From positions 75,408-139,407 of the forward strand of contig JAWODW010000053.1 of assembly GCA_046483065.1 (NCBI GenBank): a stretch of DNA of 64,000 bases. Direction: 5' to 3'. The notes beneath the pieces were generated by a model, which did not search any database, was not told the origin of the DNA, and saw only the letters and a list, made by a program, of their open reading frames with translations. Shown one piece after another: positions 1 to 10,347 of this stretch. The position numbers and the translations under genes are program-made. How positions within the stretch are numbered: position 1 is the stretch's first letter; each line of letters begins with the position of its first letter. The stretch comes from Longimicrobiales bacterium. GTDB lineage: Bacteria > Gemmatimonadota > Gemmatimonadetes > Longimicrobiales > RSA9.

Positions 1-7
1 CAGGCCG

Positions 8-2260
8 TTGATCGTGGCGGCGTGGGTGGTGGGGCTCGTGTACATGGTGCTGGCCCAGGGCACCGAGCTGCTCATCCCCGGCGTCATGCGCACGGCGTGG
101 GGCTACTACGCGGGTCTCACCGTGTGGAACATCCCGTTCATCGTCTGGTCGTTCCTGCTGCTCGGCCTGGCGATCCGCGACTACTGGATGCAGTACCGTC
201 ACGCCCAGGCCGTGCAGCGCGCCCGGATCCGGTGGCTGGCGATCCCGCTGGTGGTGGCGTCGCTGGGGTTTGCCGACTACGTGCCGTCCCTCGGCGTGGC
301 GCTGCCGCCGCTGGGCTTCGCGTTCCTGGCCGCCTTCCCGCTGGCTGCGATGTGGGTGGTGGCCCGCTATCACCTTCCCGACCTGACGCCGGCGTTCGCG
401 GCCGACCAGATTCTGTCCACCATGGCCGAGCCGCTCCTGGTGGTGGACGACCTGGGCCGGATCGCCATTACGAACCCAGCGGCCGCCCGGCTCCTGGGCT
501 GGCCCGAGGACGACCTGGTGGGGATGCCGCTGCCGATGCTCCTGGGCGCCGGGACCGCCGGCCGGATCACGGCGGGGGCGAGCGTGCAGGGGTGGGAGAT
601 GGAGATCGCCGCCCGGACGGGCGAGCCCATCGCCGTCTCCGTCTCCACCAATCGGCTGGTGGCCAAAGGTCGCGAGGCCGGCACTGTGATCGTGATGCGA
701 GACATCCGCGAGCGCCGTCGGGCGGCGAGGCAGCTGGAGCGCCGGGAGGAGTATTTCCGCTCGCTGATCGAGAACGCGCGTGACACCATCACGGTCCTGG
801 ACGCCGGGGGTCGGGTTCTGTACCAGAGCCCTTCCCACGCGGAGGTCCTGGACCGAAAGCCGGGCGAGGATCTGGGTCGGTCGGTGTTCGAGCGGGTCCA
901 TCCCGACGATCGGCAACCCATGCAGGAGATGTTCGAGTCGCTCCTGGACGAGCCGGGCGGCACGGCCCGAGCCGAGATCCGGTTCCGCCGTACAGGCGGG
1001 GAATACAGGATCATCGACGTCCGGGCCCACAACCTCCTGGACCACCCCGCTGTACGGGGCGTGGTGGTAAACGGGCGGGACGTGACCGAGGAGCGACGAT
1101 TGGCGGAGCGGCTTCAGCAGTCCCAGAAGCTGGAGGCCATCGGCCGGCTCGCCGGCGGGATCGCCCACGACTTCAACAACATCCTCACCACCATCCAGGG
1201 CACCGTGTCGTTCATGGCGGAGGAGCTGCCTGAGGAATCGGGGCTGGCCGCGGAGCTCGACGTGGTCCGGAAGGAGGCCGAGCGGGCGGGTCGCCTGACA
1301 AACCAGCTCCTGGCTTTCGGTCGACGCCAGATGACCCGGCCGGAGACGATCGACCTGAACCAGCTGCTCCGGGACCTGCGCTCCGGGCTGCAGCAGGTTC
1401 TTGCACCCGAGCAGCGGCTGGTGATCCGGCCGGCCCCGGACCTCGGCGCCGTGCGGATCGATCGGAGCCAGCTCGAGGCGGCGCTGGTGGACCTCCTGGC
1501 CAACGCCCGGGACGCCATGGGCGATGAGGGCCGGCTGGAGATCACCACGGAGAACGTGGACCGGCCCGCCGACGTGATCGACGAGCTTCCCATCGAGCAG
1601 AGGCGGTACGTGCTGCTGACCGTGGCGGACGACGGGCACGGGATGGACGCTACCACGCAGCAGCGCATCTTCGAGCCGTTCTTCACCACCCGGGAGGATG
1701 CGGCCGGCGAGGGCCTCGGCCTGTCCACGGTCTACGGCGCCGTCCGGCAGGCCGGCGGCCACATCGAGGTGGAGAGCGAACCCGGCCGGGGCGCCCGGTT
1801 CTCCATCTACCTGCCCCGGGCGGACGAGGCCGACACGGAGGCCGTACCGCCGGACGGAGCCATTGAGTCCGTGTCGACGGACGGCCGGGGCGAGCTGGTA
1901 CTGGTGGTGGAGGACGAGGCCCCGGTCCGGAGCCTGGTCCGCAAGGTGCTGGAGCGGAAGGGGTACCGGGTCCTGGAGGCCGCCGATGGGAAGGCCGCCC
2001 TCGAGCTGGCCGCCGACCACCACGGCGAGATCGACCTGCTCATCGCCGACCTGGTCATGCCAGGGCTGAGCGGCCGGGAGGTGGCCGAGCGATTGAACGC
2101 CGCGGAGCCCGACCTGGCCACCATCCTCATCTCCGGCTACACCGCGGACGAAGTGGTGCGGGAGGGGATCGAGCAGGGCGAGTTCGTCTTCCTCCCGAAA
2201 CCCTTCAGCCCGGAGATCCTCACCCGCCGCGTGGCCGAGGTGCTCCGGGGCCGGCAGTAG
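8..2260 (+). CDS. Hybrid sensor histidine kinase / response regulator (multi-TM N-terminal sensor, PAS domains, HisKA, HATPase_c, C-terminal receiver); possibly 5'-truncated by the window edge
   Basis: 750-aa ORF. The N-terminus is hydrophobic with several TM helices. H-box GGIAHDFNNILT, ATPase boxes DDGHGMD and GEGLGLS, receiver LVVEDE...DLLIADLVMPGLSG...LPKPF. The frame stays open back to nt 2, so the true start may be upstream. Confidence 0.9.
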   Translation: MIVAAWVVGLVYMVLAQGTELLIPGVMRTAWGYYAGLTVWNIPFIVWSFLLLGLAIRDYWMQYRHAQAVQRARIRWLAIPLVVASLGFADYVPSLGVALPPLGFAFLAAFPLAAMWVVARYHLPDLTPAFAADQILSTMAEPLLVVDDLGRIAITNPAAARLLGWPEDDLVGMPLPMLLGAGTAGRITAGASVQGWEMEIAARTGEPIAVSVSTNRLVAKGREAGTVIVMRDIRERRRAARQLERREEYFRSLIENARDTITVLDAGGRVLYQSPSHAEVLDRKPGEDLGRSVFERVHPDDRQPMQEMFESLLDEPGGTARAEIRFRRTGGEYRIIDVRAHNLLDHPAVRGVVVNGRDVTEERRLAERLQQSQKLEAIGRLAGGIAHDFNNILTTIQGTVSFMAEELPEESGLAAELDVVRKEAERAGRLTNQLLAFGRRQMTRPETIDLNQLLRDLRSGLQQVLAPEQRLVIRPAPDLGAVRIDRSQLEAALVDLLANARDAMGDEGRLEITTENVDRPADVIDELPIEQRRYVLLTVADDGHGMDATTQQRIFEPFFTTREDAAGEGLGLSTVYGAVRQAGGHIEVESEPGRGARFSIYLPRADEADTEAVPPDGAIESVSTDGRGELVLVVEDEAPVRSLVRKVLERKGYRVLEAADGKAALELAADHHGEIDLLIADLVMPGLSGREVAERLNAAEPDLATILISGYTADEVVREGIEQGEFVFLPKPFSPEILTRRVAEVLRGRQ

Positions 2261-2274
2261 AGGCCGGACGGAAA

Positions 2275-2309
2275 GAGGGCCCGGGACGGCGGCGTCGTCC
2301 CGGGCCCTC
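2275..2309. terminator. Strong GC hairpin between convergent genes (candidate bidirectional terminator)
   Basis: gagggcccgggacg (2275-2288) and cgtcccgggccctc (2296-2309) are perfect 14-nt complements around a 7-nt loop. The hairpin lies between the stops at 2260 (+) and 2345 (-). There is only a short T run, on the minus-strand side. Confidence 0.55.
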
Positions 2310-2344
2310 GAGGTCCCCGGTCGTGGCCGGGTCCACGGCCGCCG

Positions 2345-5206
2345 TCAGCGGGTCTCGCCCGCCTCTTCCGCCGGCTCCAGCCCCAGCGTCTCGCCCTTCT
2401 CGGTGGCCGGGATCCCCTCTTCGAGCCAGACCGGTGCCGGTGCACCCTTCAGGTAGTGATCGAAGAACTGCTGCATCCGGACGTTCCAGTCCCGCATGTT
2501 CGCCTCGGTGACGGGCCAGTGGGGCTGCTCGTTGTAGACGATCATCCACGCCGGCTTCGCCAGCCGCCGGAGCGCAACGAAGAGCTCGATCCCCTGGTAC
2601 CACGGCACCGCGCCGTCCTCGTCGTTGTGCATGATGAGGAGCGGCGTCTCGACCTTGTCGAGGAAGAACAGCGGGCTGTTCTCGATGTAGCGGATCGGCC
2701 GGTCCCAGAGCGTGCCGCCGATCCGGCTCTGGGTCCGCTCGTACTGGAACATCCGGCTCATCCCGCTGCCCCACCGGATCCCGCCGTACGCGCTTGTCAT
2801 GTTGGAGACCGGGGCGCCGGCCTCGGCGGCCTTGAAGAAGTCGGTCTGGGTCACCATGTAGGCGATCTGGTACCCGCCCCAGCTGTGGCCCTGGACGCCC
2901 ACGTTCTCCTCATCGACCCAGGACTCTTCCGCCAGCTTGAGCGTGCCCGGCATGATGCAGTCCATGGCGCTCTCGCCCGGGAAACCCTCCTGGTAGACGA
3001 TGTCCGGGATGAACACGATGTAGCCGCGGCTCGCGTAGAACGTGGGTCGGATCACCGACCGATGGGGTACTGGTGGTGCGTGGGCGTGGAGGTTGTCGCT
3101 GCTCTTCTCGTAGAAGTACACCATCATGGGGTACTCTTGCGACGGGTCGAAGTCCTCGGGCTTGTAGAGCAGCCCCTGGAGCTCCTCGCCGTTCGAGGAG
3201 AGCCATTCCACCAGCTCCACCGTGGCCCAGTTGTACTCGGCCTGCTGCGGGTTCGCATCGCTGATCTTCCGGGCGTTCCCGAACTCCGCGTCCGCCACCC
3301 ACAGGTCCGGGAACTCGACCACGTCCTCCCGCGTGTACAGGAGCACGTCGGCGGCCTCCGCCCGCTCCAGGCTGCCGAACCGCTTCGGCGCCCGGACCAG
3401 CGCCTCCGGCTCCGCCGTGCCCTCGACCCGGTCCCGGTAGAAGCCGGCATCCTTGGTGTAGATGTGGAACGCCGACAGCAGCATGGGAGCGTCCGGATCG
3501 ATGAACCGCTCGTCGTCATCCAGCCGGATGTAGCGGAACCGGACGTCGTTCTCCCGGCCCCAGCCCTCGGTGATCCGTCGGGGCGCGTCCCGGCCGTCGG
3601 GGTCCACGGCCCAGATGTCGAACCGGTCGTAGATCAGGAGCGTCCCGTCGCCCTCCGTCCATCCGGCCGAGCCGTGGGGGTACGGCGCCATGGGGTGGTC
3701 GTCGGTCTCGTCCCAGACGGGCACGTCGATCCCGGCGGAGAGGTTGACGGGCTCGTCGTCATCGGTCTCCATGGCGAACCACGCCCGGTCGTCGTAGTCG
3801 TAGAAGGCGAAGTACCGGGCGTCGGGGGAGAGGTGGCCCCAGGCGATCCGCTCCTCCTCCAGCACCATGCGCCGGTCGCCGTCGTTCACGTCCACCAGCC
3901 AGACATCGCTGTAGCCCGGGCTCTCGATCCCCACCAGGTACAGGTACTTCACGTTCGTCTCGGCCAGCGCCACGTCGGCGTCACCCTCCCGGCCCACGTC
4001 CACGCTCGGCATGTCCTCGTTGGCCAGCTGGACCACACGGTTGCGACGGTCCAGGTGCACCACGGCCGCGTACGTCCGCTCCCGCTCCCGGTCCGCCTGC
4101 AGCACCTGCATCGGCTGGATCAGGTCGTCCTGCCAGTGCCAGACGTCCAGGCGCACCTTCTCCTCGTCCAGCAGCTCCTCCTCGTCCTCATCCTCCGGCT
4201 CCGGGCGCGGCGCCGTGCCGAAGAAGAGGCGGTTCCCGCTCTCCGAGAAGCTGAGCGCGCCGTGCTCGCTGACCCACCAGCCCTCGGGGACGCCGTCCGT
4301 CTCCGAGCTCGCCAGCGCCTCCGCCGGCTCGCCGTCAGGGGCATGGTAGAGGATGTACTCCGGCTGGTCGGCGTGGAAGCTGTCCCGGTCGGTCAGGAAC
4401 GCCACGCGGCGACCGTCGTCGCTCAGCGCCAGCTGCTTGTACAGCCCCTCGCCCGCCAGCACCGCCGTCGATTCGCCCGATGCGGTCGTGACCACGTAGA
4501 CCCCGTCGGCCTCGCCATCCTCGCTCGACGCCGTGTACGTCACCACCCCGCCGTCCTCGCTCACCGCGTAGTCCACCACGTGGTCGTACCGCTGCTCCGC
4601 CCCCGACTCAAGGTCGCGGATCACCAGCGTGTAGGTATCGGGCTTGTCCCGCTTCTCCTCTTCCTCCTCGGCGGGCTCCTCCGCGACCTCCTCCGTTTCT
4701 TCTGCCTCCTCCGCGCTCTCCTCTGCGTCCTCCGCGCTGATCAGGTATACGACGATGGCGCCCGACTCTTCCGGCAGTGTCCAGCGCTCCACGCCCGGCA
4801 CCCGGGCCACATCGCCCGTGGCCAGGGTCAGGATCCCGAGTGTGTCTTCCGGCAGCTCCGAGCGCTTGGTGTCGGCGAGGCGCAGCGTCCGGACAGTGTC
4901 ATAGGCCGGCTCGATGGTGAAGACGGCGAAGCGCTCGTCGGGGCTGAACCGTGCGTCGGTGGCCCGGGCCACCCGATGCTCCGTCCCCGCGGGCTGCTTC
5001 ACCACCAGCTCGGCGTCGCCGCGGCGGACGGTCAGGTTGTAAAGGACCCAGCTGCCGTCGTGGGAGATCCGCTCCCCCTCGATGGACTTCCAGATGTCGT
5101 AGGTATCGTGGTCCAGCGGCTGCTTCTGCGCGCTGAGGGGCGCGGCCACCAGCAGGACCGCGATGGTGAGGAGTCGAGTGATCGACGTACGAGGCGTATT
5201 CATCAT
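2345..5206 (-). CDS. S9 family (prolyl oligopeptidase / dipeptidyl-peptidase-like) serine peptidase, secreted
   Basis: Start trimmed to the ATG at 5206, which gives the signal peptide MMNTPRTSITRLLTIAVLLVAAPLSAQ. The C-terminal catalytic domain has the nucleophile elbow GHSWGGY, then NDEDGAVP and a late His (QPHWP). The N-terminal region is long and propeller-like, with an acidic low-complexity insert (EDAEESAEEAEETEEVAEEPAEEEEEKRD). Confidence 0.9.
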   Translation of the reverse strand: MMNTPRTSITRLLTIAVLLVAAPLSAQKQPLDHDTYDIWKSIEGERISHDGSWVLYNLTVRRGDAELVVKQPAGTEHRVARATDARFSPDERFAVFTIEPAYDTVRTLRLADTKRSELPEDTLGILTLATGDVARVPGVERWTLPEESGAIVVYLISAEDAEESAEEAEETEEVAEEPAEEEEEKRDKPDTYTLVIRDLESGAEQRYDHVVDYAVSEDGGVVTYTASSEDGEADGVYVVTTASGESTAVLAGEGLYKQLALSDDGRRVAFLTDRDSFHADQPEYILYHAPDGEPAEALASSETDGVPEGWWVSEHGALSFSESGNRLFFGTAPRPEPEDEDEEELLDEEKVRLDVWHWQDDLIQPMQVLQADRERERTYAAVVHLDRRNRVVQLANEDMPSVDVGREGDADVALAETNVKYLYLVGIESPGYSDVWLVDVNDGDRRMVLEEERIAWGHLSPDARYFAFYDYDDRAWFAMETDDDEPVNLSAGIDVPVWDETDDHPMAPYPHGSAGWTEGDGTLLIYDRFDIWAVDPDGRDAPRRITEGWGRENDVRFRYIRLDDDERFIDPDAPMLLSAFHIYTKDAGFYRDRVEGTAEPEALVRAPKRFGSLERAEAADVLLYTREDVVEFPDLWVADAEFGNARKISDANPQQAEYNWATVELVEWLSSNGEELQGLLYKPEDFDPSQEYPMMVYFYEKSSDNLHAHAPPVPHRSVIRPTFYASRGYIVFIPDIVYQEGFPGESAMDCIMPGTLKLAEESWVDEENVGVQGHSWGGYQIAYMVTQTDFFKAAEAGAPVSNMTSAYGGIRWGSGMSRMFQYERTQSRIGGTLWDRPIRYIENSPLFFLDKVETPLLIMHNDEDGAVPWYQGIELFVALRRLAKPAWMIVYNEQPHWPVTEANMRDWNVRMQQFFDHYLKGAPAPVWLEEGIPATEKGETLGLEPAEEAGETR

Positions 5207-5295
5207 CCGTTCCGCATCCGTTCCAGGGTCGTGAACACCGGCGTACCGCCGGTCGGAAGGGGCCGAGAGTAAGAGAGGGGTTGGCGGGGGCCGGG

Positions 5296-6069
5296 TCAAC
5301 CGTCGCCGGGACCGGGTCGGCGGAGCAGCAGGACGATCCACCCGATGAGGAAGATGGCCGCGAAGCTGAACCACTGGATGGCGTACGAGAGGTGTGGGCC
5401 GGGCTCGACGGTCGGTGGCTCCAGCGGGACAGGCCCGACCGCGTCGCCCGGAGCACGAGCGGAATCCATCCCCGCCCCCGGCGTTCCCGGCCCGGACCTC
5501 ACCGGCTCCGGCCTCGCCGTAGCCACCAGGTAGAGGGGCGCCACCGGGTACGGGTACTGCGCCCGGATGGCGCTGCCGTCCACGCGGAACCAGCGGGTTC
5601 GGAACCCGTCGGGCTCCGTGTCCAGATCCACGTCCGGGAAAGGGACGAGGACGCCCTCCACCTGCACGGCGCCCTCGATCCGCACGGGGCCGAGGTCCGC
5701 CGTGGCGGCGTCCGGCGCCGGGAGCCAGCCCCGGTTCACCAGGACCGCGCCGCCCCCGAGCCGGACGGGGGAGAGGACGTGCACGCCCGGTGCGCCGTTC
5801 CGGCTGCGGCCCGCCAGCACGATGGCTCGGTCGTCATCGACGGCGCCCGCAAGACGCGCCCGCCGGTAGGCCAGCCCTGCCGTATCCATGGGCGCGCGCT
5901 CCAGCATCACGGGCGGCGCGTCCATGCGCTCGGCGATGAGGGCGTTCCGGGCCTGGCGCTCCGCCCGGCGCTCGAGCTGCCAGATGCCGAGACGGATACA
6001 CACGCCGGCCACCACCAGGACGGCGACCGTCCCCAGAACGCCTCGCCGGGTCAGCTCCAGTGTCCGCAT
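5296..6069 (-). CDS. SURF1/Shy1-family cytochrome oxidase assembly protein
   Basis: 257 aa after trimming to the ATG at 6069. An N-terminal TM helix followed by GIWQLERR and a C-terminal TM helix (LSYAIQWFSFAAIFLIGWIVLLL) flank a soluble domain containing GWLP. This is the typical SURF1 layout. Confidence 0.8.
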   Translation of the reverse strand: MRTLELTRRGVLGTVAVLVVAGVCIRLGIWQLERRAERQARNALIAERMDAPPVMLERAPMDTAGLAYRRARLAGAVDDDRAIVLAGRSRNGAPGVHVLSPVRLGGGAVLVNRGWLPAPDAATADLGPVRIEGAVQVEGVLVPFPDVDLDTEPDGFRTRWFRVDGSAIRAQYPYPVAPLYLVATARPEPVRSGPGTPGAGMDSARAPGDAVGPVPLEPPTVEPGPHLSYAIQWFSFAAIFLIGWIVLLLRRPGPGDG

Positions 6070-6226
6070 GGCGTGAAGTCTCCGGCAAGCGGCCGTGTTG
6101 CGCCACCCCTGGACGGGCGCCGGCCGTCCCATTGTTGAAACTATGCGGGGTAGCCGCCCCGTAAGGGCAGGGGAGCGACAGGCGGGCTTTCCGCGAGGGA
6201 GGCCGTTTTCAACAGAGGCGAAACCG

Positions 6227-8485
6227 ATGACGAGACAGCTCTTCATATCGATGCTCCTGCTGGCGTGCGGAACCGGCGCGGCGGCCCAGGAGATGGCCAG
6301 GGTGGACACCCAGCGCGCGACCGCAGAGGCCGAGGACGCGCACGTGCTCCGGGCGGACCGGGCCCCCGGCCCGATCCAGGTGGACGGCGAGCTCGATGAC
6401 GCCGGCTGGCGGGGCGCGGCCGTGGCCACCGGGTTCACCGAGTTCCAGCCCCGGGACAACTTCCCGTCACCGACGAACACCCGGGCGTGGCTGACCTACG
6501 ACGAGGACAACCTCTACGTGGCGTTCAAGGTGGAGGACGACCCCGAGGCGGTCCGCGCCACGCTCCGGGACCGCGACGAGGCGTACAGCGATGACGTGGT
6601 CTTCGTGCTCTTCGACACCTACGGCGACAACTCGTGGGCGTACATGATCGGCGCGAACCCCATCGGCGTGCAGCTCGACGCACGGTTCACGAACGAGAAC
6701 GGCGACGACGGTTCGTTCGACGTGGTCTACGAGAGCGCCGGGAAGATCACCGACAGCGGCTACCAGGTGGAGCTGGCCATCCCCTTCGCGAGCCTCCGGT
6801 TCCCGGACGTGGAGGAGCACCGCTGGCGGCTCCAGTTCGCCCAGATCCTGCCCCGGGAGACCCGACGCCAGTACGCGTGGGCGCCGCTCTCCATGGACAA
6901 CAGCTGCGTCCTCTGCCAGAGCGGTACGCTGGTGGGCCTCGAGGGCGTGGAGCCCGGCGGGCAGCTCGAGATCCTGCCGTCGCTGGTGGCCGGTCAGTCC
7001 GGGTCGCTGGAGACGGCGTCCGACCCGGGCAGCTTCCAGAACAGCGACCCGACGGCCGCGCTCTCGCTGGGCGTGCGCTACCCGTTCAAGTCCGGCTGGA
7101 CCGCGGAAGGGACGTATAACCCCGATTTCAGCCAGGTGGAGTCCGACGCGTCGCAGATCGACGTGAACACCACGTTCGCCCTCTTCTTCCCGGAGCGCCG
7201 ACCCTTCTTCCAGGAGGGGAGCGACCTCTTCAATACGCGGATCAACGCCATCTACACCCGCTCCATCAACGACCCCATCGGCGCCGGCAAGCTCCTGGGC
7301 CGGCAGGGCAACCTGTCCATGGGCTACATCGGCGCTGTGGACGAGCACTCGCCGCTGATCATCCCGCTCGAGGAATCGAGCATCGTACTGGAGAACGGAC
7401 GCACGGTCTCGAACATCGTCCGGGCCCGGCAGATGTTCGGCTCCGGCTCCTCGGTGGGTGGGCTCATCACGGATCGGCGGTTCGATGGCGGCGGCTCCGG
7501 CACCAGCGCCGGCGCGGACGCGCTGATCCGGTTCACCGACCGGTGGTCGCTCCAGGCCCAGGTGGTGGGCAGCTACACCCGTGAGCCCGATGACGCCGGC
7601 CCCACGGAAGGTCTCGATGACGTGACCTTCGGCGACGACGGCTACACCGCCACCTTCGACGGCGAGTCGTACCTCGGGCGGGCCACCTACGCCCGCCTGA
7701 GCCGCGACTCCCGGCAGTGGAGCTTCAGCGCCTCCTACGAAGGCGCCACGCCCACGTACCGCGCCGACAGCGGGTTCCAGAGCCGGAACAACTACCGGAA
7801 CGGCTCGGTCCACAACGGCTATGGCTGGTATCCAGACCAGGGCTTCTTCGACCGCATCTCCGTGGGCCACAACGCCAGCGGCAGCTGGAACTTCGACGGC
7901 ACGATGAAACGCCGCTCCACGGGGCTCAGTGTCAACGGGAGCGCCGCGGGCCAGTCGAATTTCAATCTGGGCGTGAGCTGGCGCGAGGAGCGGTTCCGGG
8001 GCCAGTTCTTCGGCGATATGCTCTCCGGGAGCGCGTTCCTGGGCTCCGACTTCAGCGATGCCCTCGGCTTCAGCCTGAGCTACCGTATTGGTGAGGACAT
8101 CTTCCGCGGCGATCCCCAGATCGGGATCGCCCAGAGCGCGTCGGCCTCGCTCAACGTCAAGCCTGTCCAGAACGTGGTCATCAGCCCGTCCATCAGCTGG
8201 GCGCGCATGGACCGGCGTTCGGGCGCCGAGCTCTACTCGGGCTACATCGCCCGGGCCCGGCTGAACTACCAGCTCAGCCGCGAGCTCTTCGTGCGCGTGG
8301 TCACCGAGTGGAACGAGTTCAGCCGACAGCTCTCCGTCGAGCCGCTCCTCCTGTACCGGGTGAACCCCTTCAGCGTGCTCTACATCGGCTCCACCCACGG
8401 GTACGCCGAGTACGACGACCCGTACTCCATGGAGCGCACGAGTCAGCAGTTCTTCCTCAAGCTCCAGTACCTGTTCCGGCCGTAA
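6227..8485 (+). CDS. Secreted / outer-membrane-associated protein, DUF5916-like with N-terminal CBM9-like module
   Basis: Start trimmed to the ATG at 6227, giving the signal peptide MTRQLFISMLLLACGTGAAAQ. The N-terminal segment IQVDGELDDAGW...YVAFKVEDD resembles carbohydrate-binding family 9. The C-terminal region is long, beta-rich and aromatic-rich. The family assignment is from memory. Confidence 0.7.
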   Translation: MTRQLFISMLLLACGTGAAAQEMARVDTQRATAEAEDAHVLRADRAPGPIQVDGELDDAGWRGAAVATGFTEFQPRDNFPSPTNTRAWLTYDEDNLYVAFKVEDDPEAVRATLRDRDEAYSDDVVFVLFDTYGDNSWAYMIGANPIGVQLDARFTNENGDDGSFDVVYESAGKITDSGYQVELAIPFASLRFPDVEEHRWRLQFAQILPRETRRQYAWAPLSMDNSCVLCQSGTLVGLEGVEPGGQLEILPSLVAGQSGSLETASDPGSFQNSDPTAALSLGVRYPFKSGWTAEGTYNPDFSQVESDASQIDVNTTFALFFPERRPFFQEGSDLFNTRINAIYTRSINDPIGAGKLLGRQGNLSMGYIGAVDEHSPLIIPLEESSIVLENGRTVSNIVRARQMFGSGSSVGGLITDRRFDGGGSGTSAGADALIRFTDRWSLQAQVVGSYTREPDDAGPTEGLDDVTFGDDGYTATFDGESYLGRATYARLSRDSRQWSFSASYEGATPTYRADSGFQSRNNYRNGSVHNGYGWYPDQGFFDRISVGHNASGSWNFDGTMKRRSTGLSVNGSAAGQSNFNLGVSWREERFRGQFFGDMLSGSAFLGSDFSDALGFSLSYRIGEDIFRGDPQIGIAQSASASLNVKPVQNVVISPSISWARMDRRSGAELYSGYIARARLNYQLSRELFVRVVTEWNEFSRQLSVEPLLLYRVNPFSVLYIGSTHGYAEYDDPYSMERTSQQFFLKLQYLFRP

Positions 8486-8629
8486 AGGCGCGGAGGGCGC
8501 GGAGGAGCGCTGCCTCGCGGTGTCGGTCTCCGGCGGCGGTGGTCCCTGGCGTCGTGCTTGCTACATTGGACGGTGGGAAGCCCTATTTGACCCGACACTG
8601 GAGCACGCAGCCGACAGGGAGTTCGACCG

Positions 8630-10003
8630 ATGAGCGTGATGAAGAGCATCAACCCCGCCACGGGCGAGGTCATCGCCGAGCACGAGACGCTGACCGACGG
8701 AGACCTGGAGAAGCGACTCAGCACGGCGGCCGATCGGTTCCGGAGCTACCGGCACACGCCGCTGGAGGAACGGCAGCGATGGATGCGCCGGACCGCCGAC
8801 CTCCTGGAGGCCGAGAAGGAGCGGTGGGGCGAGCTCATGACCCGTGAGATGGGGAAGCCCATCGGCGCGGCGGTGGCCGAGGCCGAGAAGTGCGCCTGGG
8901 TGTGCCGCTACTACGCCGACCACGCCGCCGACTTCCTGGCCGACGAGCCGGTGGACGCCGGGGCCGACCGGAGCTTCATCCGCTACCAGCCCATCGGGCC
9001 CGTCCTGGCCGTGATGCCGTGGAACTTCCCCTTCTGGCAGCTCTTCCGGTTCGCCGCGCCGGCGCTCATGGCCGGCAACGTGGGGCTCCTGAAGCACGCG
9101 TCCAACGTGCCGGGGTGCGCGCTGGCCATCGAGGAGATCTTCGCCGGCGCCGGGTTCCCCGAGGGCGCGTTCCAGACACTGCTGGTCGAGTCCGGGCGCG
9201 TGAACGGCATCCTCGAAGATGACCGGATCCGGGCCGCCACGCTCACCGGCAGCGAGGCCGCCGGCGCCGCGGTGGCGTCGAAGGCGGGCGAGATGATCAA
9301 GAAGACCGTCCTGGAGCTGGGCGGCTCCGACCCGTTCGTGGTCATGCCCAGCGCCGACCTCGACGCGGCGGTGGAGGCCGCCGTCACCGCCCGGCACATC
9401 AACAACGGCCAGAGCTGCATCGCCGCCAAGCGGTTCATCGTCCACGAGTCCATCGCCGGCGAGTTCACCGCGCGATTCGTTGAGCGGACCGAGGCGCTTA
9501 CCGTGGGCGACCCCATGGACGAGGCCACGGACATCGGGCCGCTGGCCACCGAGGCCATCCGCGACGAGCTGGCCGACCAGGTGGAGCGCTCCGTAAACGC
9601 CGGGGCGCAGCTCCTGACCGGCGGCTACGTCCCCGACCGCGACGGCTGGTTCTACGCGCCCACCGTGCTGGCCGAGGTCCCGGCCGACTCCGCCGCGGCC
9701 GTCGAAGAGACATTCGGCCCGGCGGCCGCCATCTTCGTGGTGCCCGGCATCGACGAGGCCATCGAGGTGGCCAACGCCACCGAGTTCGGCCTCGGCGCCA
9801 GCGCCTGGACCGGCGACGAGGGCGAGGCCGACCGCTTCGTGGACGGCCTCGAGGCCGGCTGCGTCTTCATCAACCGCATGGTCGCCAGCGACCCGCGGCT
9901 CCCGTTCGGCGGCGTGAAGAAGAGCGGCTACGGGCGCGAGCTCAGCCGCCACGGGATGCGCGAGTTCCTGAACATCAAGACGGTGGGGATCGACGGGGTG
10001 TAG
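8630..10003 (+). CDS. NAD(P)-dependent aldehyde dehydrogenase, succinate-semialdehyde dehydrogenase-like
   Basis: 457 aa. N-terminus MKSINPATGE. Catalytic Glu in VLELGGSDP and catalytic Cys in NNGQSCIAAKRF. Also has the C-terminal ALDH motif PFGGVKKSGYGRE. Confidence 0.9.
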   Translation: MSVMKSINPATGEVIAEHETLTDGDLEKRLSTAADRFRSYRHTPLEERQRWMRRTADLLEAEKERWGELMTREMGKPIGAAVAEAEKCAWVCRYYADHAADFLADEPVDAGADRSFIRYQPIGPVLAVMPWNFPFWQLFRFAAPALMAGNVGLLKHASNVPGCALAIEEIFAGAGFPEGAFQTLLVESGRVNGILEDDRIRAATLTGSEAAGAAVASKAGEMIKKTVLELGGSDPFVVMPSADLDAAVEAAVTARHINNGQSCIAAKRFIVHESIAGEFTARFVERTEALTVGDPMDEATDIGPLATEAIRDELADQVERSVNAGAQLLTGGYVPDRDGWFYAPTVLAEVPADSAAAVEETFGPAAAIFVVPGIDEAIEVANATEFGLGASAWTGDEGEADRFVDGLEAGCVFINRMVASDPRLPFGGVKKSGYGRELSRHGMREFLNIKTVGIDGV

Positions 10004-10026
10004 CGGAGCCGACGGGGGCGACGATC

Positions 10027-10310
10027 GCCGCGTCCAGCGGATTCACCGCGACGACGCGACGGAGAGCGGATTCACCGCGACGACGCGACGACGCGACGGC
10101 CGCGATGCATGCGACGGAGCCCAGCGGGATCCCGTTCCGCGGCTTCGGTGCGCACGGACGCCTTGAACCAGACCCGGCCATTACGAGGCGGGCGGGAGCC
10201 ATCGATGCACCGCGCCGGCGCGCTCATGGCGGCGATCGACGCGTTGCTCGCGTCCCCTCGGTCGCGCCGCCAACACCGAAGCTCGTCGCGTTCGCCGCGT
10301 CGTCGCGGTG
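10027..10310. repeat. Tandem non-coding repeat, unit 1 (TIR-bounded element, CACCGCGACG-word variant)
   Basis: Direct comparison with 10348-10624. Nt 10134-10310 are base-for-base identical to 10448-10624. The unit starts with gattcaccgcgacgacgcgacgg and ends with the inverted word gcgtcgtcgcggtg. Confidence 0.9.
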
Positions 10311-10347
10311 GTCTCAGGTTGCCGCCGCGTGCGTCGCCCCCATCGCA